From positions 2,978-66,977 of IMG/VR virus record IMGVR_UViG_3300029880_000003: 64,000 bases of DNA; one strand, written 5' to 3'. Both the position numbers and the translations under genes were made by a program. Under the pieces are notes generated by a model. That model was not told the DNA's origin and ran no database searches. It saw only the letters and a program-made list of their open reading frames with translations. The stretch is from a virus (taxonomy: Duplodnaviria; Heunggongvirae; Uroviricota; Caudoviricetes). Shown here in pieces: positions 9,377-19,968 of this stretch (position 1 is the stretch's first letter; every line of letters begins with the position of its first letter).

Positions 9377-11608
9377 ATGAGTGATAAACAAGTAGAGTTC
9401 AAAGGGAGGGCGGCTAGATGCGTTTATTCCTCTCCCGATTTTAAGACTTATGCAATGGATGTCGATAAAGATGAGTATCCAGACATCAAGCAGAACAAAT
9501 ATCGGAACGTCAGTATCATCGGTGGTATCTCAGATTTAACAATTGGTGTTGAATACGAGGTAACAGCAACAGAAGAAGAATCAAAGTATGGCACCAGCTA
9601 TCGCGTTACTAACATCAGGCGTAATGTGCCTACTACGGCAGCAGATACTAAAATCTTTCTTGAAGAGATTCTTACTGCAAACCAGGCTGATGTTCTGTAC
9701 GAAGAGTATCCAGATATCATTGACATTGTTAAAAACGATAGATGTGATGAGGTGGATATCAGCAAACTGCATGGTATCGGCGAGAAGACTTTCGAGGTAA
9801 TAAAAAACAAGATTATCGAGAACTTCAAGCTTGCAGACCTTGTTGCCGAGTTCAAAGGGACTGTCTCTCTTAGTATGCTTAAAAAAATCTACGACAAGTA
9901 TTCCGATATTGATGTACTACGTGAAAAGCTTAAGACCGAACCATATAAAACACTTACTAGGATTAGCGGTGTTGGTTTTAAAACAGCAGACAGCCTTATC
10001 CTCGACTTGCAAAAAGAGAGCATTATTGACTTCGGATATGATGTGAAGACAAGTGAAGATAGATGTCTTGCTTGTATTATCTACTTGCTTCAAGAGAATG
10101 AGAGCAATGGAAATACTAGGGCTAATCTAGCTGATATTCGCAGTCAATGCATTGAAACCATTCCTTCTTCCGTTAAGCACTTTGCACATGCGATTCAAGA
10201 TGATGCGATTTATTACAGTAAAGAGTCTATGTCTATCGCATTGAAAAAGACGTATGAGGATGAGTTATATATTGCTAAGACAATTGCCGACAACCTTCAC
10301 AACGTATCTAAGAACGATGATGTATGGGGTTACGATGTAGAGAAATATCGTATGGTAGAAGGCTTTGCGTTGTCCGATGAGCAGATGAAGGCTGTTGAGA
10401 ACGTTTGCAAGCATTCGATTAGCATCCTTAATGGCGGGGCAGGTTGCGGCAAGAGCTTTTCTACACAGGCAATCATCAATATGCTTGATGACAACAAAAA
10501 ACGCTATATTCTTCTTACGCCGACAGGGAAAGCCAGTAAAGTGTTGTCTGAGTTCACACACAGACAAGCATCAACGATTCATCGAGGTCTTTGCTATAAT
10601 CCTCAGACTGGATGGGGATATAATAAATACAACAAATTAGAGCATGATGTTGTAATAGTAGATGAGTTCTCTATGACAGATGTATCACTATGTCGGCACT
10701 TGTTTGAAGCTATTGACTTTGAATTTACGAGATTGCTGATAGTTGGTGATAATGCGCAGCTTCCATCTGTCGGTTGTGGTAACTTGTTACACGATTTCAT
10801 GGAGAGCAACGTGATTCCAACAACAACCCTTACCACCGTGTTTCGTTACAATGAAGGCGGTTTGTCTAAGGTTGCTACCGATACAAGATTTTGCAAAACC
10901 TATCTTGATAAATCTATGAAGGGAAAAGCAACGTCATTCGGTGCCAATAAAGATTATATGTTCATCGATATGCCACAAGAGGATATCCCAAGAAGTGCCG
11001 TGTCACTGTATAAGAAATTATACGATAGCGGAGTTGACGTTACGGACATTCAGGTATTGACTGCTAAAAATGTTGGCGATTATGGAACTATCGCATTAAA
11101 TAATATGATTCAAAGAGCTGTGAATCCTAACTATGGCAGTGAATTATGCATGAAGATTGGCGATACTTCTTATTACAAGGGCGATCTTATTATTGAGAAA
11201 AAGAACAATTATAAAGCCATCTTAGCTGATTGCGATAATGAACAAACAGCCTTCGTTGCAAACGGCGAGACAGCTATTGTTGAATATGCTTGTAAAGAAC
11301 ATGTCATTCTTAATTTTGATGGCATTAGGGTAACGTATGGCAAGTCGGATATGCAAATGGTTGGACTTGGCTATGCAATTACGTCACATAAGTCCCAAGG
11401 TAGCGGCATTAAAAATGTTATTGTATGCACTCCAAAAGCAGATATCTTCATGCTCAATTCAAATCTTATTTATGTTGCGCTTACCCGCATGAAAGAGCGA
11501 TGTTTCCATCTTGGCTCTGTAGATACTGTTAACATGGCAGTTAAGAAAAAGGCAAATCTAAGTAGACACACGTTCATTCAAGGAATGCTAAAGAGCCTTG
11601 TCAAATAA
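9377..11608 (+). CDS. recD2: RecD2-like SF1B helicase
   Basis: HhH motifs, Walker A GGAGCGKS, DEFSM, VGDNAQL, HKSQGS, YVALTR. Confidence 0.9.
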   Translation: MSDKQVEFKGRAARCVYSSPDFKTYAMDVDKDEYPDIKQNKYRNVSIIGGISDLTIGVEYEVTATEEESKYGTSYRVTNIRRNVPTTAADTKIFLEEILTANQADVLYEEYPDIIDIVKNDRCDEVDISKLHGIGEKTFEVIKNKIIENFKLADLVAEFKGTVSLSMLKKIYDKYSDIDVLREKLKTEPYKTLTRISGVGFKTADSLILDLQKESIIDFGYDVKTSEDRCLACIIYLLQENESNGNTRANLADIRSQCIETIPSSVKHFAHAIQDDAIYYSKESMSIALKKTYEDELYIAKTIADNLHNVSKNDDVWGYDVEKYRMVEGFALSDEQMKAVENVCKHSISILNGGAGCGKSFSTQAIINMLDDNKKRYILLTPTGKASKVLSEFTHRQASTIHRGLCYNPQTGWGYNKYNKLEHDVVIVDEFSMTDVSLCRHLFEAIDFEFTRLLIVGDNAQLPSVGCGNLLHDFMESNVIPTTTLTTVFRYNEGGLSKVATDTRFCKTYLDKSMKGKATSFGANKDYMFIDMPQEDIPRSAVSLYKKLYDSGVDVTDIQVLTAKNVGDYGTIALNNMIQRAVNPNYGSELCMKIGDTSYYKGDLIIEKKNNYKAILADCDNEQTAFVANGETAIVEYACKEHVILNFDGIRVTYGKSDMQMVGLGYAITSHKSQGSGIKNVIVCTPKADIFMLNSNLIYVALTRMKERCFHLGSVDTVNMAVKKKANLSRHTFIQGMLKSLVK

Positions 11609-11697
11609 GTCAAAATAAATATTGAACACAAATAACAGCTATGATACTATTTAATGTGTCATAGCTGTTAATGTTATATGTCTAAAGGAGCGATCAA

Positions 11698-13695
11698 ATG
11701 GATGACAAAGTATTGATACAAAGAATCAAACAGCTAGTTGAAAAGCTTAACGCCGCATCTGATGCATATTATCTGTACGACAATCCGATTATGTCAGACC
11801 ATGAGTATGATGAGATGATGGATAAGCTTGAGTCTCTTGAGAAGCAGACTGGATATGTGCTTAGCAATTCTCCTTTGCATAAGGTGCAAGGTAAGCTGCT
11901 TGACGGCTTCAAGAAGGTAAAGCATACCAAACCGATGTTGTCTGCAAACAAGACAAAGGACATTGATGAGATTGGCAAGTTCATTGGCGGTCATAAAGTA
12001 GTTGAGAGCTTTAAGCTTGATGGTCTGACTATAGTTTGTAGGTATGAAAAAGGCGTATTCAAGCAAGCTATTACCCGTGGTAATGGTGAGATTGGCGAGG
12101 ATGTCACAGAGAACTTCAGAAATTGTACTAACCTTCCTTTGAAGCTGCGTTATGATTTTGATCTTGAGGTTCGTGGTGAATGTGTAATCTCATGGGAGAA
12201 CTTCAATAAAATCAACGAATCTCTTGAAGAGCCGTATTCACACCCAAGAAACTTAGCGGCGGGATCGTTGCGCTGCCTTGACACGAATGTATCTAAAGAC
12301 AGGCATCTTGAATACATTGCTTTTGAGCTTGTGGACGCAAGTGGTTCTGGAATCAACAATGATAATATTGCTAAGGCTGACTTGATTGATACGTATGAGT
12401 TCTTGAAAACCATGGGATTCGATGTTGTGCCGCATCATATGGTTGATGTTAATAATTATGAGGATATTGATGCTGATTTATTCAACCCAGAAGAATACGA
12501 GTATCCCGTAGACGGTACAATCTTCAAGTATAACTCTTATGAATATGGTAAGAGCCTCGGTATGACCGCTCATCATCCATTGGATATGATTGCGCGCAAG
12601 TGGAAGGATGAGGAGGTTGAAACTACTCTGAAGGAGGTTCAATGGCAGCTCGGCAAGACTGGTCAGGTTACTCCTGTTGCTGTGTTCGAGCCAGTAGAGA
12701 TTGACGGCAGCATTGTAGAAAAAGCTACACTTCATAATCTCTCTATCTTTGAAGGCTATAAGCTTGCTGTTGGCGATACTATTACCTGTTTCAAAGCGAA
12801 CGCAATCATACCAGCTATTGCTGAGAATCTAAGCACAATTGACCGAGATGATGATTCTGTAGAATATATCAAGCCACCAACCACATGTCCCGTTTGTGGT
12901 ATGCCGCTTGAAGTAAAGCAGGACAACAACACGAAGTTCTTGGTTTGCGGGAACGAGAGTTGCGATGGCAAGCTTGTTGCACAGTTGACGCATTTTGCAT
13001 CTAAGAACGCAATGGATATCGATGGCTTATCTGAATCGACTATTGAGAAGCTTGTTAACGCTGGTATCCTAAGTAGTATCGTGGACATTTACGATCTTTA
13101 TATTAGACAAAATGATATGACTAAGATTGACGGTCTTGGCGAGAAGTTGGTAGACAAGCTGCTGAAGTCGATTGATGACAGCAAGGTTACTACGCTTGAT
13201 AGATATATCTACTCTCTGTCGATTCCTTTGATTGGCAGGACTGCAAGTAAGGCTATCAGCAATTACTTTAACGGTGACTTCGATGCGTTCTATGATTGCT
13301 GCGGTAGAAGTGACTTTGACTTTGAGAAACTAGATGGATTCGGTAGCCAAATGGCTGAGTCGATTGAGAATTACATCAACAACAATTGGGATATGATCTT
13401 CTATGCTCTTCCTCAGATTCTAACTATTGAGAAACCAGATGTTGTGAGTGCAAACAATAGTAACATTTTTGGTAAAACGTTTGTTATCACTGGCAAGCTT
13501 AATGCGTTCAGCAACCGTGATGAGCTGAAGGATAAAATTGAGTCTCTTGGTGGTAAGGTTGTCGGTTCTGTAAGCGCTAAAACTGATTATCTTATTAACA
13601 ATGATATTGAATCCAATTCATCGAAGAACAAGAAGGCGAAAAGTTTAAATATCCCCATCGTGAATGAGCAAAAAATTATTGAAATGATGTCTTGA
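11698..13695 (+). CDS. ligA: NAD-dependent DNA ligase
   Basis: KLDG, TRGNG, Zn finger CPVC..C..C, C-terminal BRCT. Confidence 0.95.
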   Translation: MDDKVLIQRIKQLVEKLNAASDAYYLYDNPIMSDHEYDEMMDKLESLEKQTGYVLSNSPLHKVQGKLLDGFKKVKHTKPMLSANKTKDIDEIGKFIGGHKVVESFKLDGLTIVCRYEKGVFKQAITRGNGEIGEDVTENFRNCTNLPLKLRYDFDLEVRGECVISWENFNKINESLEEPYSHPRNLAAGSLRCLDTNVSKDRHLEYIAFELVDASGSGINNDNIAKADLIDTYEFLKTMGFDVVPHHMVDVNNYEDIDADLFNPEEYEYPVDGTIFKYNSYEYGKSLGMTAHHPLDMIARKWKDEEVETTLKEVQWQLGKTGQVTPVAVFEPVEIDGSIVEKATLHNLSIFEGYKLAVGDTITCFKANAIIPAIAENLSTIDRDDDSVEYIKPPTTCPVCGMPLEVKQDNNTKFLVCGNESCDGKLVAQLTHFASKNAMDIDGLSESTIEKLVNAGILSSIVDIYDLYIRQNDMTKIDGLGEKLVDKLLKSIDDSKVTTLDRYIYSLSIPLIGRTASKAISNYFNGDFDAFYDCCGRSDFDFEKLDGFGSQMAESIENYINNNWDMIFYALPQILTIEKPDVVSANNSNIFGKTFVITGKLNAFSNRDELKDKIESLGGKVVGSVSAKTDYLINNDIESNSSKNKKAKSLNIPIVNEQKIIEMMS

Positions 13696-13758
13696 TATTG
13701 GTACGGTGTTGTTCTATACTGGTATACAAATAAGGTTATACACCCAAGAAAGGAGCCG

Positions 13759-15088
13759 ATGCTTATGGTTAGCATTACAGTCAAGCGTGATGGTAGAAAA
13801 GAGGAATTTGATAAAAATAAGATTTCAAATGCAATTAAGAAGGCATTCATCGAAGTAGACGGCGATATTGACGATAAGGCAGAAGCTATCGTTGACAAGA
13901 TTGCAAACGAAATTGCTGGAATCAAGAAGGAGGAGATGTCTGTAGAGGATATTCAGGATCTTGTAGTTAATAAGTTAATGGCTACTTCTCGCAAGGATAT
14001 TGCTTCTCGTTATGTTGAATATCGTTATCAACGTAAGATTATTCGTGAAGCGAATACTACAGATGAAACAATCATGGAATTGCTGAGTGGTCAAAGTGAT
14101 TACTGGAACAACGAAAATTCCAATAAAAATGCTGAGCTTGTTACTACGCAACGTGATTATATGGCTGGCGTTGTAAGCGAAGATATCTCCAAGCGATTCC
14201 TTGTCCCAAAGGATGTTATTGAGGCACATGATGCTGGCATTATTCATTTTCACGATATGGATTACTTTGCTCAGAATGCACTCCATAACTGCGATCTAGT
14301 AAATCTTGAAGACATGCTTCAGAATGGCACTGTAATTTCTGGTGTTATGATTGAAAAGCCACATAGCTTTGCTACTGCTTGCAATATCGCTACGCAGATT
14401 ATCGCACAGGTGGCTTCTAGTCAATATGGTGGACAGACCGTATCTATTGCCCATCTAGCTCCATTTGTAGACGTAAGCCGTCAAAAGTTCAAGAAAGACG
14501 CAATGATCGCGTTTGTTGAGTTTGCTGGACATGAGCCAGATACCGATGACGAGCTTGATAAGTATAACGACATGGTTGAACGTATGGTGAAGAATGAGAT
14601 TGAGCGTGGAGTTCAGACCATTCAATATCAAGTAGTAACGCTTATGACCACTAATGGTCAGGCTCCGTTTTTGTCCGTGAATATGTATCTTAATGAAGCA
14701 AAGAATGAACAAGAAAAGAACGACCTCGCTCTAATCATTGAAGAGATTCTTAATCAGCGAATTCAAGGCGTAAAGAACGAAAAGGGTGTATGGATTACCC
14801 CCGCATTCCCAAAGTTGCTATATGTTCTCGAAGAAGACAATGCTTATGAAGGTTCTAAGTATTTTTATTTGACTGAGCTTGCAGCTAAATGCACAGCAAA
14901 GCGCATGGTTCCCGACTATATCTCCGAGAAGAAAATGCTTGAATATAAGATTGATGGCAATGGAAACGGCAATGTATATCCTTGTATGGGTTGTAGAAGC
15001 TTCCTAACGCCAGATCGTTCTGGAAATGGTTATGATAATATTGCAAAAGCGAAGAATTATAATGGCGAATCAAAATATTATGGACGCT
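13759..15088 (+). CDS. nrdD: anaerobic ribonucleoside-triphosphate reductase, exon 1
   Basis: ATP cone (VKRDG), HFHDMDY, SSQYGG, MGCRS; ends YYGR at the intron. Confidence 0.93.
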
Positions 15089-15873
15089 TAACTAAAGTCG
15101 CTTAAACGATTAAGGTGTCCTTAAACAGCGTGAACGCAGTGATTCTGCGGTGTGGGCTTAATTGCCTGCTAACGGTGAAACTCCCATGAGGACAACACCG
15201 TGCCAAGACTATTTGTGATTACTTGTGAATAGGAGGAAGTCACAATGGATGTAATCATTAACGGAATTAAACTAAGAGCGTTTGATGAAACTTATTATGT
15301 TAGTAAGAATGGAGATGTATATTCAACATATTCAAATAAGTTTCTAAAACATTCAATTGACCATGACGGATATCATAGGGTCGATATTCATTCAAAGCAT
15401 ATGAAGGTTCATCGCCTTGTCTATATTACGTGGGTTGAAAATAATAAAGATATCCAAGTGAATCACATCGATGATAATAAAGATAATAATTCACTTGATA
15501 ATCTTTATGCTGGCACACAAAAAGAGAACGTTTCAGACTGTATTAGGAATGGAAATCGAGTCGGTCATATTGGTCATATAACAGTATTGGATAAATTAAC
15601 TAACGAGATATTAACGTTTTCTCCTATGTCAGACTTTATTCAATATTGTGGGCATCCGTCAAAAAGTGGTTCGGTCAAAAAGTTTTTTAACAAAAATTGG
15701 TTTAAAAAGCGTTTTGATATTATTGATTACAATCCACACAGTAAGGTGTAACGACTATGGCTGATGAATGTAAGCCAGTAGGGTGGGTTTAATCACCATT
15801 CGAAGTGCGCTGCACGAAATTTAAATTTCGTGAAGAGATAGTCTAATCCTTATGGTAACATAAGGTAATAATG
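15089..15873 (+). ncRNA. group I intron in nrdD
   Basis: Splicing restores GR-F-NQGVVTINLPD. IGS GGTGTCC (15114-15120) pairs with exon GGACGCT giving a U.G pair. P10 GATTAA/TTAATC; P7 GACTAT/ATAGTC; terminal G15873. Confidence 0.92.
15245..15751 (+). CDS. intron-encoded HNH homing endonuclease
   Basis: YYVSKNGDVYS, VHRLV, VNHIDDNKDNNSLDNL. Confidence 0.9.
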   Translation: MDVIINGIKLRAFDETYYVSKNGDVYSTYSNKFLKHSIDHDGYHRVDIHSKHMKVHRLVYITWVENNKDIQVNHIDDNKDNNSLDNLYAGTQKENVSDCIRNGNRVGHIGHITVLDKLTNEILTFSPMSDFIQYCGHPSKSGSVKKFFNKNWFKKRFDIIDYNPHSKV

Positions 15874-16814
15874 TTAATCAGGGTGTAGTTACAATTAATT
15901 TGCCAGACGTTGCTTTGTCTTCAGGGGGTGATACTAAGGTGTTTTGGGAGCTTTTTGAAGAGCGCACCGAACTGTGCCATAAGGCTATGCAAGTTCGCCA
16001 TAATCGCTTAGAAGGAACGCTGTCTGATGTAGCGCCTATTCTGTGGCAGCATGGGGCATTGGCACGACTTGAAAAGGGAGAAGCAATTGACAAGCTGCTT
16101 CACGGTGGATACTCTACGATCTCTCTAGGATATGCTGGTCTTTACGAATGTGTTAAGTATATGACTGGTCATAGTCATACTGATGGCGATATCGGCGAGA
16201 AGTTTGGTCTTGAAGTGATGCAAGCGCTTAATAATAAGTGTACCAAGTGGAAGCAGGAAGAAGATATTGATTACAGTTTGTACGGGACTCCAATCGAAAG
16301 TACAACGTATAAGTTTGCAAAGTGTCTTAAGGAGCGTTTTGGTGTAATTGAAGGGATTACGGACAAAGACTACATAACTAATAGTTACCACGTCCATGTA
16401 ACAGAAGAGATTAACGCATTTGACAAACTCGCACTAGAGGCGAAGTTTCAGAAACTATCCCCTGGGGGAGCAATTTCATATGTTGAATGCCCGAATCTGC
16501 AAGATAATATCGAAGCAGTAATTCAAATTATTCAGTTCATTTATGAGAATATCATGTATGCTGAACTGAATTCTAAGAGTGATTATTGTATGGCATGTGG
16601 CTACGATAAGGAGATTCTTATTGTAGAAGACGAAGAAAGTGGGGAGCTGGTATGGGAATGCCCTAACTGCGGCAATCGTGACCAGAATAAGATGAGTGTC
16701 GCAAGGCGAACATGCGGTTACATTGGAACAAACTTCTGGAACCAAGGTCGCACAGAGGAAATCCGAGAACGTGTTCTCCACGTAGACGATATGCCTTATA
16801 TCGAAAACGTATAG
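15874..16814 (+). CDS. nrdD: anaerobic ribonucleoside-triphosphate reductase, exon 2
   Basis: YGTPIEST, YITNSYH, CMAC..CPNC, RRTCGY glycyl-radical motif. Confidence 0.93.
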
Positions 16815-16831
16815 AGAGGTAGTATTAATTA

Positions 16832-17332
16832 ATGAGATATACGTTGATGAGGAAGATGGACATTTCAAATGGTAAGGGCATTGGTGTCTCGCTATTTGTC
16901 CAGGGGTGCAGAGCGCATTGCAAAAACTGTTTTAACCCAGAAACATGGAACTTCACTGGTGGAAACGAGTGGACTAAAGAATCTAAGAATACATTTTTTG
17001 AACTTGTTTCAAAGCCGTATGTTGCTCGCGTAACCATTCTCGGTGGAGAGCCATTTGAGCAAGAAAACATTGATGAAGTAATTGATATTCTTAAGGAAGT
17101 CAAAAATAGGTTTCCAGAAAAGCAAGTTTGGGTCTATACTGGATATAAGTTTGAACAAGTGCTTAGTAGTGATATGAAGAATGCGTTGCCATACATTGAT
17201 GTCTTAGTTGATGGCAGGTATGTTGATGAGCTTAGTGATATTTCCTTAGCTTATAAGGGTAGCTCTAATCAGCGAATCATCGACATTCAAAAGTCTCTAG
17301 CAAGCAATGAAGTAGTATTGTATAATATCTAA
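16832..17332 (+). CDS. nrdG: anaerobic RNR activating radical-SAM protein
   Basis: CRAHCKNC, LGGEP, GSSNQR; follows nrdD. Confidence 0.95.
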   Translation: MRYTLMRKMDISNGKGIGVSLFVQGCRAHCKNCFNPETWNFTGGNEWTKESKNTFFELVSKPYVARVTILGGEPFEQENIDEVIDILKEVKNRFPEKQVWVYTGYKFEQVLSSDMKNALPYIDVLVDGRYVDELSDISLAYKGSSNQRIIDIQKSLASNEVVLYNI

Positions 17333-17433
17333 ACAACAAAAGTTATATGCAAACAAGGGACAACATGTTAACTAAAATAGTCAAAAAACGAAGAAATAGC
17401 TAGCATGTTGTCCAAGCAAAGAAAGGATAATAT

Positions 17434-17985
17434 ATGGGTCTTTTTAAGCAGAAGGTAAAGAATTTTCTTGAAGGTACATACTTTGACAAGGTATCGTATG
17501 AACAATTCAAATCTGACTGGCTGAACACATTCCCAGATTATGACGAGTCTGACGATGCAGAGATTCGTGAAATCTATGACGAGATTGAGATTCCAAAACG
17601 AAGCACCTCTGGATCGGCAGGATATGACTTTGTATCTCCAATCCATCTCTGCTTCAAGCCAGGTGAGTCAATTATGATTCCAACTGGTATCAAGTGCAAT
17701 ATGGAACGTGGCATGGTTCTTATGATGTTCCCTCGAAGTGGTCTTGGCACGAAGTATCGCCTAATTCCTTGCAACCTTACAGGCATTGTGGACAGCGATT
17801 ACATTAATGCAGAAAATGAGGGTCACATCTTTATGAAGATGGTAAACGATGGCGATGAGCGAGTAGTGCTTAAGCAGGGTCAAGCATTCTGTCAGGGTAT
17901 CTTGACAAATTATCATGTAACAGATTACGATATCGCGTCTGGCTCTCGAACTGGCGGCATGGGTTCTACCGACAAGAAACAGTAA
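17434..17985 (+). CDS. dut: trimeric dUTPase
   Basis: SAGYDF, PRSGLG, GIVDSDY, RTGGMGST. Confidence 0.93.
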   Translation: MGLFKQKVKNFLEGTYFDKVSYEQFKSDWLNTFPDYDESDDAEIREIYDEIEIPKRSTSGSAGYDFVSPIHLCFKPGESIMIPTGIKCNMERGMVLMMFPRSGLGTKYRLIPCNLTGIVDSDYINAENEGHIFMKMVNDGDERVVLKQGQAFCQGILTNYHVTDYDIASGSRTGGMGSTDKKQ

Positions 17986-18006
17986 GCGACAATAAAACGG
18001 CATGAT

Positions 18007-18246
18007 GTGTGGCAACAAAACAAACTTGTCATGCGTCATGCCACAATAAGTTTGAAGGAGTTAACAGTGAACGATTTCAATTTTAAAGATTTTATATTCA
18101 ATCGTGCATTCCTTATCCTGCCGTTTACATGGCTAATTATCTTAGTGTTCAGTGTGTTCACAGATAATAACATTCTTGCAATTATCAGTAGCACTGGATT
18201 TTATGGAAGTCTCATTCTTGATGCGCTTGAACAAGATAGAGGGTAA
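18007..18246 (+). CDS. small membrane protein (start may be GTG 18068)
   Basis: Two hydrophobic segments. Confidence 0.55.
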   Translation: MWQQNKLVMRHATISLKELTVNDFNFKDFIFNRAFLILPFTWLIILVFSVFTDNNILAIISSTGFYGSLILDALEQDRG

Positions 18247-18378
18247 GTATGTTAAACAAATACGGAGTAATTCAGATTTTCCGTTTGCATTGCTTGTAGA
18301 ACAGAAGGTAGAAGAATATATGAAATACCTTCAAAATGAAGGTGTTCTCAGTGGTCACATAAGAGGAGAGTATATTTA

Positions 18379-18918
18379 ATTAGTGTAGTAGCAGTAAAGG
18401 TATATGACGATAAGATTCAAATCGCAGCCGATTCCATTGTTTGCAGAGGAGACTCAAAGAGAGTAGATGATAATTTTACAAAGCTTGTAAACATCAACGA
18501 CATGATTATTGGCTGTTTTGGATTATGCGAAGAGTCAAGCCTACTGTACCATTATGCAGAAACTCATAAGCCTTTAAGCACAAGCGAAAAAGATATCCTC
18601 GCTTTTATCATCGAGTTCTCAAAATGGAAAAACGATCTCGTTGGAAGCCCTAGCATTAATAATGAATACATTATCGTGTTTGACGGACATGCATTTATCG
18701 TTGTTAGTATGTTTGTTAACGAAGTCAAGAATTATGCCGCTATTGGTGCTGGTCTAGATTTTGCTAACGCAGCCCTATATCTCGGACACTCCCCAAAAGA
18801 ATCGGTTAAGGTAGCTTGCGCTTTGTTCTGCTATGTTGCTGAGCCAATTATTGAATATGAGGTAAAACTCGGCAGCAATAAAAACAAGAACAAAAACAAG
18901 AACAAAAAGAAGCATTAA
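18379..18918 (+). CDS. Ntn-hydrolase / HslV-proteasome-beta-like protein, probable ATT start
   Basis: In-frame (I/M)SVVAVKVYDDKIQIAADS upstream of the tracked ATG; AAIGAG motif; GAGGAG RBS at 18363. Confidence 0.6.
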   Translation: MSVVAVKVYDDKIQIAADSIVCRGDSKRVDDNFTKLVNINDMIIGCFGLCEESSLLYHYAETHKPLSTSEKDILAFIIEFSKWKNDLVGSPSINNEYIIVFDGHAFIVVSMFVNEVKNYAAIGAGLDFANAALYLGHSPKESVKVACALFCYVAEPIIEYEVKLGSNKNKNKNKNKKKH

Positions 18919-18943
18919 CTCACTACAAGCATAAGGAGTATAT

Positions 18944-19216
18944 ATGAGCAAAGATAAGAACAATACTTCAAAGCATTGTGCAAATTGCAAGTATTGGGAA
19001 TGTTATAACGAAAAAGAATTTGAAAAGTTCGGAGAATGCACAGAAGGCGAATGCCATCGCTACCCACCAAACACACTTAACTTTGAGCGAGTGAACGAGA
19101 TGGGCATCATGGTTCCCGAAACGATTATGAATACGCCACTCCTTAGTCATCCATTTACGTTTGCTTCTGAGTGGTGTGGTGAGTTCAAGCCAATGAAGAA
19201 TCCAAGGTGGGTGTAG
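18944..19216 (+). CDS. Cys-rich hypothetical protein
   Basis: CANCKYW...GECHRYPP...WCGEF. Confidence 0.75.
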   Translation: MSKDKNNTSKHCANCKYWECYNEKEFEKFGECTEGECHRYPPNTLNFERVNEMGIMVPETIMNTPLLSHPFTFASEWCGEFKPMKNPRWV

Positions 19217-19217
19217 C

Positions 19218-19898
19218 GTGTCGAACTATATGATGAAATATAAAGGCAGTTATAGACTACTCCCCGTAATTGACCAGTCAACGAATGATTTTCCAAGGGA
19301 TTCAAATGGAAACATCGAAGACGATCTTGAGATTTACGTGTCTTGCCAAAACGGTAATCGAATTGAATACTACGGACTCAATGATAGTAGACGAGCCGTA
19401 TTGCTTGCCTATGTCCCGTCACTCGGACGTGGTAGAAACATCAAGAAGGCTTTGAAGAAGCAGGGTGTGGATATTCTTTTTTACGATGAATCAGACGAAG
19501 AGGTGCTGTTCCACTTCAACGCAACTGATATCGAAACGGTTGCAACTCTTCTAAAAGCCAAGACCAGTGGTGCTAACATTTCACCAATGAGCAAGAGAAA
19601 CTTGCCAAAGGTAAAGTTTGAGTTACCCGAAGAAGACATGGCTGCATATAAGGATATTGTCGATAAGGTAGATAAGAACGACAAACTGCTGATTCACCGT
19701 ATCACTACGGAGTTTCTTGATAAGGTTCTTGCTAAAGAGCTTAGACCAAAAGGCACTAGAAAGCCTTATGACTACAAGACCGAGATGAAGAAGCTGAAGC
19801 TCGCCAGTGATTCAAAGGGCTACATTTGGACTAAGGAACTTTGGAACGAGTATCTTGAATTTCTAGAAAAAGAGATCAATTCTTATTACAACAAGTAA
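19218..19898 (+). CDS. hypothetical phage protein
   Basis: 226-aa ORF. Confidence 0.75.
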   Translation: MSNYMMKYKGSYRLLPVIDQSTNDFPRDSNGNIEDDLEIYVSCQNGNRIEYYGLNDSRRAVLLAYVPSLGRGRNIKKALKKQGVDILFYDESDEEVLFHFNATDIETVATLLKAKTSGANISPMSKRNLPKVKFELPEEDMAAYKDIVDKVDKNDKLLIHRITTEFLDKVLAKELRPKGTRKPYDYKTEMKKLKLASDSKGYIWTKELWNEYLEFLEKEINSYYNK

Positions 19899-19900
19899 GG

Positions 19901-19914
19901 ATATATGCTATAAT
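19901..19914 (+). promoter_or_regulatory. extended -10 promoter element
   Basis: ATATATGCTATAAT, same as 6195-6208. Confidence 0.55.
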
Positions 19915-19968
19915 GCCAATTGTATAGTGAATCAGCTATACAATCAGCGTTTTGCTAAGGAGGATATA

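Noticed and set aside
13759..16814. nrdD as a pseudogene or two separate genes
   Set aside because: A group I intron restores one continuous frame.
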